Source: Harriotta raleighana (Eukaryota). From it: DNA of 64,000 bases. Location: NCBI GenBank assembly GCA_050575255.1, contig JBNZDD010013727.1, positions 9,262,527 through 9,326,526 on the forward strand. Reading direction: 5' to 3'. Below, one piece after another: positions 38,640 through 52,180 of the stretch (the stretch's first letter is position 1; each line of letters opens with the position of its first letter). Made by a program: the position numbers and the translations under genes. The notes below the pieces were generated by a model that was not told where the DNA came from, searched no databases, and saw nothing but the letters and a program-made list of their open reading frames with translations.

Positions 38640-38840
38640 GACAAGTTTCCTCAATCCACACGCCTAATAATAATCCCTCAAGAAAAAAACAATAATAAAT
38701 TGGTCATTTCAATCCACAATTGTTTGTGGGACACTGCTGTGCGAAATTGGCTACCAAGTTTTGCCCACAAATATACAGTCAAGAGACATCTAGAATATGC
38801 GAAAAGCACTATACCAAATGCAAGGCATTTATTTTATTAT
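38640..38840 (+). mobile_element. Young SINE lacking its head
   Basis: caagtttcctcaatccacacgcctaataataatccc..tgtgggacactgctgtgcgaaattggct. Confidence 0.85.
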
Positions 38841-39002
38841 ATATTATAGTGTCATTTCATGTGCGGTTGTTAGAGCTGTCATGTCATCTCATGTGCATTG
38901 TATTTTCTCTGTACATGACATTACACAAGCTTTACTTACCTTTGTTATGAGCTACATGGGTGGTTTCAATGTATCTTTAGTTTTGACTGTTACAAAAAGC
39001 AA

Positions 39003-39228
39003 TAGAACATATGAACGTAAGAATAAGGAGGTGGAGTAAGCCATTCAGCCCCTCAAGCCTGCCCTACCATTCAATAAAATCATGGCTGATCTACTAATCT
39101 AACTCCACCTGCCCGCCTTATCCCAATATCCCCTAATCCCTTCATCCATAAGAAATCTATTAATTTCATTCTTGAATATGTTCAAGGACTGAGCATCTAC
39201 CGTCTTTTGAGGTAGAGAATTCCATAGG
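39003..39228 (-). mobile_element. CR1 3' end
   Basis: Closely similar to 4518-4738. Confidence 0.88.
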
Positions 39229-40883
39229 GTTAAGTTGCAAAAATGCTGTACCCCTGGTGAAAATTTGAATTGGGAAATTGTCTGCTGGCAAGAGCACCAT
39301 CCTCAGTCCTACGTGCTGAGTCTAAAGTCTGTGTTAGCAGTTCAAGCTTTGCATTGTTTCTGCTTTGCATTTTCTTTGAAAATGTACATCTATTTATAAA
39401 TATATTCCGTACAATAGAAATCCCAAACAAATACAGAGTACAATATATTCTTTTCCATTTTTTCTTTCCCCCGATACAAAAAGAAACATTTGGTTGTTTG
39501 TGGTACATTTTTGCTTTGCAGGTTTTGATGTTCATGTCACACCACAACATGCAGTGCTGAATATTAACAGAATAACCCTGCTTTACCTTTACCAAAACAC
39601 GCCCACACCCCCCAGCCAGGGGAACAGATTCATGTTGCTTCACAGTGTTTGGTCAGCTTTAAACCCAGTGAGGAATCTGCCAGGCAGTTGGCATGGAAAC
39701 AGGGCTGCTTTCAGCATTTACTTCACTCATGGATTGGAGGTGTGGTGGAGGGATGGTTGGAAAGAGAAAGACTAGGTAAACCACAAGGCATGCCGATCAT
39801 AAATTAATAAAAGAGGGTCACAGTAAATTGATGTGCTTGACAGCTTCTTCAGTGGAAGCTGACAGTTAGAGCATTGATAAGGACAGTAGTGATGCATAGA
39901 CCATAGAATTATGCATTCGAAGCCCAAATATCATAGGAAATAGCATAGATTTACACTCAAAAGTGTATATGCCTTCACTGTCAAAGAGTGACTGAAGCAG
40001 AATGCAGTATTACTCTTTGATAACTTGATTTTAGTACAATTACAGGACATTTGTTAACATTCAACATTGGAAAAAATAAAAAATAATAAACCGGTGGACA
40101 TAACCAAGCAGCAGTGTTAAACTAAAACAAGCTCCTTCAGAGGAAATGGCATTGAACTCCAGGACTTTAGCCAGCCTAACACATAAACAGCATGTTTGCA
40201 AAGACGAAAGCTATCTCGACGTATTGGTGCTCAGACCATGCCAATTAATGATCTACTGGGAAATGGTTTTATTTCTGCCACAAATGAATAAAACTCATTT
40301 TGTAAAATATGTAAATAAATAAATTGGGTTCCTGACTGACCTGGTAAATGTTTAACTGCATGCAATTGCCAAATCTGTTTTCAGCAGCTGCCCTGATATA
40401 TTTTTAATGTACTGTACAACATTTTTTTTTACAGGATATTATCATATACCAACTCAGTTACTGTATTGTTTTATCCAACATTTAATCTGTTGCCATTATC
40501 CCTCCCACTCTCTTACATTAGTTTCACCTTTATAGTGGGTGTTTTTGTGATAATTTATACTCTACTTTTGTGTGGAAGATTATGCACATAGTATCTATTT
40601 GATGCACGTTTTGATCATAGAAAGAACTCAAGCTAATTCAGAGTGACCCTTAATGCTTAATCGAATTCTACTCCTACACTGTGCAAAGTCAGTCAGTTAC
40701 AGATCCTCATTTTTCAACCTTAATTGTCATAACTATTAGCTTTCGAATGGCAATTAAATAGCAAGTTAATGAGAAGGGATTTAGTTAAAATGAGTTTTTT
40801 ACAGAGAAATGTCTTATGATGCATAAATTAAACTATTTGCAATACAATGTGAAGAATCTTAATTTCCAATGTACTTCAAACTA

Positions 40884-41207
40884 CAGTAAAAGCCCGTTTA
40901 TCCGTGACTCGATGAACCGGAACTTCCGTATAACCGGCAGGCCATTGCAGAAGGTAAGTATAAATAACACAATATTCTGTTTTTACAGTATCTGTTATTA
41001 CTGTATTTAGTCTATTATTTATATGGTACAGAGTACAACATTTATAATAAAGTACCCATACAATAATCTGTTATTATCTGTCATTATTTAATCTCTTATT
41101 AATATGGTATGTGTTAAAATGAGTCAAATGTTTTGTGTTGGGTTTTCGGTGTCGGATCCGACCGTTTAACCAGCATTGGCTGGGTCCCGTGAGTGCTGGC
41201 TTTACTG
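40884..41207. mobile_element. Tc1/mariner-pogo (Tigger-like) MITE
   Basis: TA|CAGTAAAAGCC...GGCTTTACTG|TA terminal inverted repeats with a TA target duplication; CpG-rich ends and an AT-rich core. Confidence 0.78.
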
Positions 41208-42097
41208 TAGTTAGGGAGCTCACGTCGATTAAATCATGAGGTGCAGCCTTTTGCATTAATTGCCTTTCTGTTCCCTACTCCACCATCAAATATGTCTTTA
41301 TATTCTTTCTATATTGATGTCTTTAAGCAAGATATTACTTCTATCCTATAAACTGGAAACCGAAGAATAGAAGCTTAATTCTGTTTGTAACACTAATGTT
41401 TTTTTTACAGGGAAGGGAAAAGTATTCTTTCTCCAAACAGTAGTAATAACAACATATCAATTAGGACATAGCTTAAAAGCAAAATGTCTGTTATTTCAGT
41501 GCCTGTATCAAAATGCACAGATTCATTGTTTATAGGTTGTGGTTGAGTGAAATGAAGCAGGGAAAGAGGAGTCACTCTGTTTTTCTCTACCAGAATGCCT
41601 CTTTACAGCCTGCAGCACTGCCTTTCCAGCATCAGAAAGAGACAGGATGGGCAAAATATCTTGGTCACACTTGTTATATTGAGCTATCTATTTATTCCAG
41701 TCACATAATCTCAAATCAGTTAGCAGTTGTAGCAAGCCAAACCTTCTGTCCTTACATTATTGTGTACCAAATAAATCATGTTTTTTTTATAATCTATGCA
41801 AAATCCCTGAGAATATAGGAAAATAGAAACAGGAGGAAGTCATTCAGCCTCTCGAGAAGTTTATTAAGTCTTGACATATCTTTCAGTTCCATTGTCTTAC
41901 CCTTTTGCTATATCCCTTAATACAGTACATAGGTATGGGATCCAATGCAACTTCAGGTCCTAGAGCATTATGTTTATAAAAGTCTTTGTTGTATGTCCCA
42001 CAACTGTATGTCAATAAAAAGGAGAAAATCACATCATGGACAAGTTGAGCAAATGAATTTTAACTGAAAGGCAGCAATTGATATGGGTTGTATATTA

Positions 42098-42195
42098 AAG
42101 TAAAAGCTCGATAATTCTGCACAGTTGGACCCACTTACCTCCCAGATTTCGGAGTTTGCTGGCAATTAGAACCTACCCTAGATATGGCTGGGGAA
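42098..42195 (+). mobile_element. Tigger-like DNA transposon left end
   Basis: aagtaaaagctcgataatt..gttggacccacttacctcccagatttcggagtttgctgg; homologous to 59554-59642. Confidence 0.55.
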
Positions 42196-43304
42196 ATAAA
42201 AGCATTAGAAAGTGAGTGAAGCATCCCTTTGCCTCTGTTCCCGGGTCATAAATTAATTCAAGGTTATATCCGAGTAACTGGCATGGAAATGCCACAAATC
42301 TGCAAATCAATCATTAGTAGCTACAAGACACCTTCAGGTCCAGCCATGTTGCATTTTTCAGCCATATCTTTGGTAAATAGGACTTTTTAATCCAGCCACC
42401 TTTTTCAGTGTTTAACATCCCATCAAACCATAATGAACACAAGACCAGCCTCTGGGCTTAAATGTTCTTGGGACGTCCTCCTGACGTGAAAGGCGTTCTA
42501 CAAATATAATTTTGTTGTTGTTCTAGTGAAGAGGTGAATGAAAAAACACACCAAGTGCAGAAGTGAAGCAAAGTCTGAAAAGAAAACAAACATCTTATTG
42601 GAGGAAAGAACAGTGTTATATATCCTTATTCAGCTGTTTCAATTCATATCTTTTTTATGATTCTAAATTTTACCTTGGAAAGCAAATCAGGAAAAGGCAG
42701 AAAAAACACACAATAAACCGGTTCTATGATAAAATCACTTGACAGGAAATAATAATGAACCACGGATATTCATTGTTTTGCAGACCAGAGTTGTTCATAT
42801 CCATTTTCTTTCTTCTGTGTTTATTTCTGATAGATCGGGTTATTTGAGGTCAGATATTTCATTTACAGATAGATTCTGCATTAACCTCCACCAGCTTCTG
42901 AGAAGCCCTACAGCATCCTATATAGCAAACTAACAGGGGTAGTTATTTTCTGTAACCATGAAGAAAATCTGATGCAATTGATTTTTTTCTCTCTGGTCTA
43001 AAGCATTTCACTTGAAAACTTCTTGGTCTGAAATAGTATATTTTTTCAAACAAAGATCATCCTTCAAACAGAGCTGATTGTAAAATACTCTCCATGTGGG
43101 GGAAGAAACAAAATGGAAATGGCCTAGATCCAGGCTCATGCAGTTCAAATAGCACTTCATGATGACCATTCACACAGCGTTGATAAGGTTCTCTCAAAAT
43201 TGGTCATCTTAGTTTTGTAAAAGTTTACTAAGCACTCCGCCAGGCTGCTTGATAGAACACTGCACCTACGTGAGGCATTGGGAGAAAGGGAAAAAAACAA
43301 TATA

Positions 43305-43510
43305 CTCTTTAACCCATCATCTCATGTCCTCTACCCAATTTTCTCATTTGTCTTCCTTGCCCTGCCTCTCCCCTCTCAGTTAGTCCTTAAAATCTCCCAA
43401 ATACCCCAATACCCCAGTTCAGGGACCCAACAATGTTGACTCTTTTTCCTTTTTCCATAAAATGTTGCCTGACCTGCTGAGTGTTCCCAGTGATTTCAAT
43501 TTTTGTTTTT
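43305..43510 (+). mobile_element. Penelope-like 3' UTR/terminal repeat with the hammerhead core deleted
   Basis: cccagttc-agggaccc..atgttgactc..ttccataaaatgttgcctgacctgctgagtgttcccagtgatttc matches the reverse complement of 16745-16930. Confidence 0.7.
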
Positions 43511-43814
43511 TAAAAAATATTATCTGGTTCAGTCACATTTGACTAAAACGGATAATCCCTTTTCTATCTACAGAAGAGTGTGTGGAAATAGAATTACAAG
43601 GAGCCATATTTAGAGCAAATTAATCTTCCACTTTGTTTCTTCATCTCCTTTATTGCTATAATTTTTAAAAGAGGAACCAGCAGCACAGATTAACATTTCT
43701 TTAATTTAACATGGAAAAGGCAATTTATAGTACAGCCCAATTATAATACAACTTATTTCCTGTCCGAATTTGAATATAATCAATTGCAATGTGGATACCA
43801 TTCACATGTTAATG

Positions 43815-44205
43815 CTAATAATTCTTGCATTTGATAAGGCACTGATCACGTCATTGAGGTGTCTCAAAAAGCTTCACGGGTTATATTGTAGTGTGAATTT
43901 TGCAGATTAAATGGGGCAACCAGTTTGCACATAGAAATATCTCATAAACATGGAGTGACCAACTTTATCTCAGGTATGGCTGGCCAGGACTCCGGAAGAA
44001 ACTCCCTTCTCTTTTGTAAAAAAAGAGGATCTTTAAAATCCATCTGAACAGGCAAATGATGGCATCTCCAACAATACAACACAAACCCATCACTGCATGG
44101 GAATTTCATTTTAGGACTATATGATTCCAAGTACCGACATGGATCTTGAATCCATAAACTTTTAAGTTATAGGCGAGTGTGCTACTACTGAGTCAGGCTG
44201 ACACA
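43815..44205 (-). mobile_element. Old Deu-SINE
   Basis: ggccaggactccggaagaaactccc..ggatctttaaaatccatctgaacagg..catctccaacaat, plus a tRNA-like head. Confidence 0.75.
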
Positions 44206-44292
44206 TTAAACACAACTAGCTTTGTTCCCCCATAAAATGGCTAAAAATGACAGTTCTCCGAGATGCTACCCAGAGTGAAGAGTTCTTCAATA

Positions 44293-44535
44293 ATAACAAC
44301 AACTTGCACTTAAATAGTGCCCTCTACGCAGGGTAGCATCTCACAGTGCTTAACAATGACAGAGTTTGACTCTGACATGTGGGGTGGCCATAACCATGGT
44401 CAAAGATAAGGTTTTCCAACAGGAGTTGAAAAAGCAGAGATACAGGAGCAAGTTGGAAAGATTGAGGGAGAGTGTTGCAGACTTTCGGGGCATAGTGGCT
44501 GAAAGCGTGGTGGGATAGAGGGTGCAAGGGTCGTG
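44293..44535 (-). mobile_element. L2 (second tail variant) 3' end
   Basis: ORF 44324-44542 contains AFSHYAPKVCNTLP; (CAA) tail. Confidence 0.7.
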
Positions 44536-46304
44536 GATCCAACCATTGTGTTATATTGAGGCTCCAGTGAACTATCTGACCATAAGATTAAAAAAGATAT
44601 TTTGGTGATAGAGCTCCGTTGGCCTATTTAATCACATACCACCTTTTTTGCATTACAGAATAAAGCTTTTCCTAATCCAATGCTTCTATTATACAATTCC
44701 AATTATATCCACTCTTGTAAACTGGTTATAGCCATTANAAGCTTTTCCTAATCCAATGCTTCTATTATACAATTCCAATTATATCCACACTTGTAAACTG
44801 GTTATAGCCATTGATTACCCTTGTGTAAATAAATAGTTTATGTCCTAAAATTATGCCTGAATCTAGGATTTTGTTTTCTGCTACTATTCTGTACCTTAAA
44901 GTTCTTGGTTTACATTCTCTTTCCTATCTTGTCCACCTCTGTAAGGAACTGTCTAAAACATCTATTTTTGAGGTTGAAGAGCCATAGGTTGAAGAGCAAT
45001 TATTTAGGTTTCCTCATAGTTTATCTAACCCAGGAGATCAGACATTGTTTTGAGTGCTCCAAGACACTATCCTGCATGAATAAATGTAAGTTGTTGTCAC
45101 TGTTGCTGTTTCTCTGTACTATGTCTATGGTCAAGACAGACCTTTATGCCATGGCAATAACTATATCTAATACTGCAGGTGCTCCCTTACCAGAGCATAG
45201 ATCAGCATAGTGCATGGCATCTAGGGATCAGAAGCCCACAATTCCATCTAGTTCTAGTTTATAAGAATATTTGGTGATTTTTGAAAAATTAGCCTTGCTC
45301 CACCTCTACAATCTCATCAAACTGTTGCAACCCGCTCACTCCTTCACTCAGCAGGCTCCAGGCTGCATCATGTTCCCCATTATTGGCGGTCAGGCATTCA
45401 CCCTATCTTTGCTTATTCTGTTGCCGCTGTGTTTCACCCACAAAATATAGTCAATTCATTTTACAGTGTATTCTGTGAAGTGCTCTGAGATGATTTGAAG
45501 ACATGATAAGGTGCCATATCAGATGCAAAGTTTATTATTATTATTGGTGTTGCACATCTTATGTTACTGAGTTATACCATATACAGACCTGGGCTTCAAG
45601 CATCCTTGTTTGAGAATTTCAACAGTCCTCCCCGCCACATGTTGCCAATCGCAGTTAATTTATCAGGAATAGAGGTGAGAAGAGGCAAGGTGCCAGCCAA
45701 TGTGAGTGAGGGGAAGCTGGCACAAAGACTACCTGCAGTAACACTTCAGTACTGTTCACCAGCTGTTCCTAGAACAACATTGGCTGATGTTGCATATTGC
45801 TTTAAGGATCTAAGTGTTGATTGAATATGGATGATGCAAGGATAACAGTATGCTGGGAAAGTGACTGGGCAGATTTGAAAGAGGTTGATTTGTAAAGTAG
45901 GAATTAAAGGACCAAGTGAATCTACATTTTATTTGGAGTAAATAACATTACACGGTGTCAGAAGTGAAAAGGAGAAGCCGTATGGTTTCGGAGGTAAAAC
46001 TTGAAAACAGAAGGCTGTATCAAAGGAAAAATTGGGGGGAAAGATAAATACAGATCTTATTGCGTAAATGATGAAAAAACAAAAGCTATACAGATGAACA
46101 TCATGGAGATCAAATAAAGAAATACAGGAGAAAAAGGAAAAGCAGAAAGAAGAGCAAGCAGCAGCAGAAATTGTGAGAACAACCAAATGTGGAAAATAAA
46201 TAAAAAGACCACAAAGAATGATAGAACAAGATTGGTAAAAAAAAAGATAAAAAGCAATTGGCTGCCATTTTTCGCTCACAAAATATATAGTTAATTCTCT
46301 TTTG

Positions 46305-46606
46305 TGGCGTCCTGTAGCTCACTGATTAGGGCACTTGCCTTGCAAGTAAGAGACCTGATTCCCGGTAAAGCGAAGCCTTGGGCAAGTTTCCTTATTCCAC
46401 ACACCTGATGGTCATCCCTCCAGAAAAAACCCAATAATAATTTGGTCATTCAATCCACAACTGTTTTTGGGACACTGCTATGTGCGATTGGCTGCCACAT
46501 TTCATCCACAAATATACAGTCAATTCACTTTAGAGTATATTCGGTGAAGCATTTTGAGATGTCTAGAAGATGTGAGAAGCGCTATATAAAATGCAAGGAT
46601 TATTAC
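46305..46606 (+). mobile_element. Young SINE (repeated at 47947-48229)
   Basis: gtcctgtagctcactgattagggcacttgccttgcaag...gcgctatataaaatgcaaggattatt. Confidence 0.88.
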
Positions 46607-49569
46607 TCTCTCCCAACAAAAATAATCTAAGATTTACACACAAACCAGAGTGTTCTGAGGATGAAGGAAACCAAAGTAGCTCTTATTTATTTCTTAAAAT
46701 ACTGAAGAATCATAACTGTCCAGTTACTGAGGTCATCTGCTGCTTCGTAGCTATTGAAAAAAATAACACAAATAAGGATTAACATATTAGCTGCTTTGAA
46801 GAGCACTGTAGAAACTTTGGAAGAAGGTAACTCTCATATCTCAAATGGCATGGAAAGGCCGAGTAAAGAGGAGCAATAAATACATTGTCAAAGAGATAAA
46901 AGAATTCAAAAGATCAAGATTGGCAGAACCATGGTTATTTCTTCTTTTGGCTGCTGATCTTTGCCCACAGTAAACAGTCAATCCACTTTCGAATATATTT
47001 GGTGAAGCGTTTTGAAACTTCTTAAAATGTGATAAGGTGCTATATCAAATGCAAGGATTATTATTATTATGATATCTAGAAAATGTTTTGATAGCTCAAC
47101 ATTATATGCTTCTTCATTAGTGTTTTGTTGTGATGGTGAAATGAGTAGTGTCACTTCTGACTTCTGTTCTCGTGTATACCATGAAATGCGTTGCATTTTA
47201 AATTTACAGTTTATCATTCATATTTAAAACTGGTCTGGAATAATGAAAAATACCTGTGGATGCTTAAAAATTTCTACATGACAACTTGAACATGCACACA
47301 CAAAAAAATTAAAAGTAACATCACTAGCAAAACAGCACTGAAATTTAAAATCTAGGATTGTGTGTGTTAGTTCCTAATGCATGACTCACATTGAATGCAT
47401 TAAAATAATTTATATTGGATTGATTTTCCATCAGGTTTTGCTTATAGGTTTCATTTCTTTCTTCTCCCTTTATCTACAGCACAGTAAATACTTCAGGAAG
47501 TTGCTCCAGTAAAACAGTCTGGAACATGAAGGAATGCACGGAAGGATAATCATAATATTATCAACTCCCTATTCTCCAAGGTAGCGGTCAATAATGCGGT
47601 TCTAATTGAATAACTTATCTGCTGCTATTTCCCTTGGGAAAGTCTGAGATACAACCTCTTAGTGCAGGCAGATGGTGCAGCATATACAATGGAAAACATT
47701 GCCATTTCACTCCTTCATTCTGAATGAAAGAATTCCGCTTTACTATTCATTCATTGAAGAGACAGGAAATGAATGTACTTGATTTTCAGTATTGCATTTA
47801 AATAAAACTGTAATTCAGTGTCTGTTTCAAGCAACAGATACAACGGTGAAGTAAATTCCTCAATCGATTATAGCTAATTTTGGTGCAAGTGAAACAACAA
47901 CAACAACAAAATGACATTTGTATAGCACCTATCATCTCGGGAGGANTGATTAGGGCACTTGCCTTGCAAGTAAGAGACCTGATTCCCGGTAAAGCGAAGC
48001 CTTGGGCAAGTTTCCTTATTCCACACACCTGATGGTCATCCCTCCAGAAAAAACCCAATAATAATTTGGTCATTCAATCCACAACTGTTTTTGGGACACT
48101 GCTATGTGCGATTGGCTGCCACATTTCATCCACAAATATACAGTCAATTCACTTTAGAGTATATTCGGTGAAGCATTTTGAGATGTCTAGAAGATGTGAG
48201 AAGCGCTATATAAAATGCAAGGATTATTACTCTCTCCCAACAAAAATAATCTAAGATTTACACACAAACCAGAGTGTTCTGAGGATGAAGGAAACCAAAG
48301 TAGCTCTTATTTATTTCTTAAAATACTGAAGAATCATAACTGTCCAGTTACTGAGGTCATCTGCTGCTTCGTAGCTATTGAAAAAAATAACACAAATAAG
48401 GATTAACATATTAGCTGCTTTGAAGAGCACTGTAGAAACTTTGGAAGAAGGTAACTCTCATATCTCAAATGGCATGGAAAGGCCGAGTAAAGAGGAGCAA
48501 TAAATACATTGTCAAAGAGATAAAAGAATTCAAAAGATCAAGATTGGCAGAACCATGGTTATTTCTTCTTTTGGCTGCTGATCTTTGCCCACAGTAAACA
48601 GTCAATCCACTTTCGAATATATTTGGTGAAGCGTTTTGAAACTTCTTAAAATGTGATAAGGTGCTATATCAAATGCAAGGATTATTATTATTATGATATC
48701 TAGAAAATGTTTTGATAGCTCAACATTATATGCTTCTTCATTAGTGTTTTGTTGTGATGGTGAAATGAGTAGTGTCACTTCTGACTTCTGTTCTCGTGTA
48801 TACCATGAAATGCGTTGCATTTTAAATTTACAGTTTATCATTCATATTTAAAACTGGTCTGGAATAATGAAAAATACCTGTGGATGCTTAAAAATTTCTA
48901 CATGACAACTTGAACATGCACACACAAAAAAATTAAAAGTAACATCACTAGCAAAACAGCACTGAAATTTAAAATCTAGGATTGTGTGTGTTAGTTCCTA
49001 ATGCATGACTCACATTGAATGCATTAAAATAATTTATATTGGATTGATTTTCCATCAGGTTTTGCTTATAGGTTTCATTTCTTTCTTCTCCCTTTATCTA
49101 CAGCACAGTAAATACTTCAGGAAGTTGCTCCAGTAAAACAGTCTGGAACATGAAGGAATGCACGGAAGGATAATCATAATATTATCAACTCCCTATTCTC
49201 CAAGGTAGCGGTCAATAATGCGGTTCTAATTGAATAACTTATCTGCTGCTATTTCCCTTGGGAAAGTCTGAGATACAACCTCTTAGTGCAGGCAGATGGT
49301 GCAGCATATACAATGGAAAACATTGCCATTTCACTCCTTCATTCTGAATGAAAGAATTCCGCTTTACTATTCATTCATTGAAGAGACAGGAAATGAATGT
49401 ACTTGATTTTCAGTATTGCATTTAAATAAAACTGTAATTCAGTGTCTGTTTCAAGCAACAGATACAACGGTGAAGTAAATTCCTCAATCGATTATAGCTA
49501 ATTTTGGTGCAAGTGAAACAACAACAACAACAAAATGACATTTGTATAGCACCTATCATCTCGGGAGGA
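46323..49569. repeat. About 1.62-kb direct duplication joined at n47946
   Basis: 46323-47945 appears essentially identical to 47947-49569; identical ORFs are offset by 1624. Confidence 0.95.
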
Positions 49570-49965
49570 CGTCCCAAAGCGTTGGCAGTCAGTATTTCAA
49601 ATCCAAGCTGGGGTCGGGATCGGGAGGTTCGAGGANAAAATGACATTTGTATAGCACCTATCATCTCGGGAGGACGTCCCAAAGCGTTGGCAGTCAGTAT
49701 TTCAAATCCAAGCTGGGGTCGGGGTCGGGATCGGGAGGTTCGAGGGAAAGGAGGGGATTTTGGGTGACCGATGGGACCATTGAAGAGGAAGGCTTTGAGG
49801 TGGGACTTGTAGGAAGCTAGGGAGAGACGAGGTGGAGGGACTGAGAGATGGATTTCAAGAGATTAGGGACAGAGTAGCTGAACACTTGCCCACCGATGGT
49901 GGGTTGGGTGGGATGGGGGACATGGAGCAGGCCAGAGCCCGCTGAACGGAGTGAGCGGGCAGGTT
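49517..49965 (-). mobile_element. L2 3' end, with a ~100-bp duplication at n49636
   Basis: (CAA)n tail and ggaggacgtcccaaagcg; the body matches 25869-26200. Confidence 0.85.
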
Positions 49966-50455
49966 AAATCATAGGAACATAAATTCATGTGTCCAGCGGC
50001 AGCCTTATGAGTTAAAAGATAATCTCAGAAATTGTTGTATCATTGACAATAAATAATAACAATCCTTACATTTTTGAACGGAATCTTTCAAGACAAGTAG
50101 ATGTCCCAAAGCGCTTCCCAGGTACAGTGTAAAGTGAAGNTCTCAGAAATTGTTGTATCATTGACAATAAATAATAACAATCCTTACATTTTTGAACGGA
50201 ATCTTTCAAGACAAGTGGATGTCCCAAAGCGCTTCCCAGGTACTGATTGTGCGTTTTGTCTTCTCTGAAGGTGCAGGACAGAATATGTCCCAGAATAGAG
50301 TGACCACACTATTATAGTGTTGAATCTCTTGCTGGTACAAGTAGGTGGGCAGATTCAGCTGAAGTAATGGGAAACAAAATTGATGGTAACTTTTTCATAA
50401 TGTCCATTTTTCTCAAATAAAACTCAGCCTGCAAAATAAAAATCTTGTGATGAAG

Positions 50456-50736
50456 TAATAATAATCCTCGGATTTGATTTAGTGCTTTTCATGTCTTCTA
50501 GCCACCTCAAAGCACTTTACAGACGAAACTGTAAAATGAATGACTATATTTTGAGCGGCAGAAAAGTGGCAGCCAAGTGCGCAAAGTAGTGTCCCACAAA
50601 CCGGTGTGGATTGAAATAGCCAATTTTTTTTTGAGGGATTATCAGGCCCATGGAGTAAGGAACCTTGCCCAAGGTTTCGCCCTGCCAGGTCTCTCACTTG
50701 CAAGGTGAGCGCTCTAACCATTGAGCTACAGGACTC
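50456..50736 (-). mobile_element. Full-length young SINE
   Basis: Minus-strand head ggagtcctgtagctcaatggttagagcgctcaccttgcaag. Confidence 0.88.
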
Positions 50737-50887
50737 CACAAGTACCACAACAAAATGGGAAATTCTATATGCAAACATGGTATAATTAAGATTGCTGTAA
50801 ACTGTGGAACATAAAATTAAATATCTTCATAATCCTAGTTTGGCAGTCATTGTACTTCACTGATTCTGTGGAAGGCATAAGAGTAAA

Positions 50888-51298
50888 TAATAATAATAAT
50901 GCTTGCATTTGTTATAGTGCCTTATCACTTCATCAAGACGTCTCAAAGAAAGAGGATTCACTGTGTGTTTTGTGAGTGAATGCAGCAGATAGTTTGTGTA
51001 CAGCAGCATCCCACAAATAGCCACCGACGGAGTCATCAATCTTATTTGGGGATTATTGGCCAGGACAGCAAGAGTCTTTTTCGAACAGTGCCATGGCATC
51101 TTTTCCATCCACCTGCACAGGAAAACAAGGCCTTAGTTTAACATCTCATCTGAAGGATGGCACCTCCAACAATGTAACCCAACCCCAGCACTGCATTGGA
51201 GTGTCAGCTTAGACTATGCGATTCCAAGTCCCAAAATGGTGTTAGAATCCATAACCTTCTGACTCAGAGGCAAGAGTTCTAGCTCTACACCAGACTAA
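50888..51298 (-). mobile_element. Near full-length old Deu-SINE
   Basis: ccatggcatcttttccatccacctg..gccttagtttaacatctcatctgaaggatggcacctccaacaatg..cactgcattggagtgtcagcttaga..accttctgactcagagg. Confidence 0.85.
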
Positions 51299-51780
51299 CA
51301 CTAAACTGTAGTATAAAAATATATTATTTTATATGGGAACATAGGAATGTACATGTACAGAATAGTTCAGTATGAGCCACCTAAGCCTCCAAAGTTTAGA
51401 ACTAATCTATCCCCATATCTCTTAACTACTTTCCTTGTAATTTGCTTTCCAATTCCCTCTTGAATTTGTTTCAATAATTCGCCACACCTCATTCCTAGAT
51501 AGACTCTTCCACCTTGCACTCACTCGGTAAAGTTAAATTTAAAATCTCAGTTTCCCTGTGCTAAGCTTGAGGGCACAATTGTTTGCTTTTAGGGATAAAC
51601 TGCCTCAATGATTTTAAAGTACATAGTGTGCCAGACGTAACACAACTATTCCTGACCTTAATCTATTGTTATGAGATAAATTCTATGAGCTGAGAAAAAT
51701 TTGTAACATGCACCTTCTTCAAAGTTTGTAATGTGAGGACTCCTGGTACTCATGGTCAACTCTTGGATAATCATTGTGAT

Positions 51781-52180
51781 GGAATCCTATAGCTTAATGG
51801 TTAGAGCATCTTACGTGGCAAGCAAGAGGACCTGAGTTTGATTCCTGGGCAGAGTGAAACATTGGGCAAATTTCTTTACTCCACATGCTTCTATTTACTT
51901 AGCAGCATTGCAGATCACTTTTCCTTAAAATAATAATAATTTGGTCAATCCATGGTAGTTTGTGGGACACTGCTATGTGTAATTGGCTGCCAGGTTTCAC
52001 CAAGAAATTGTAGTCAATTCTCTTTACAGTATATTCTGTAAAGCACTTTGAGACGTCTCGATATGGTNTGGGACACTGCTATGTGTAATTGGCTGCCAGG
52101 TTTCACCAAGAAATTGTACAGTCAATTCTCTTTACTGTATATTCTGTAAAGCACTTTGAGACGTCTCGATATGGCGCGAT
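51781..52180 (+). mobile_element. Young SINE (long-variant-like), 3' part duplicated at n52068
   Basis: ggaatcctatagcttaatggttagagc...ctatttacttagcagc..gatcacttttcc. Confidence 0.8.

Noticed and set aside
45560-46960. Purine-rich, coding-looking stretch
   Set aside because: Stops in all frames; probably a very decayed LINE remnant interrupted by a SINE
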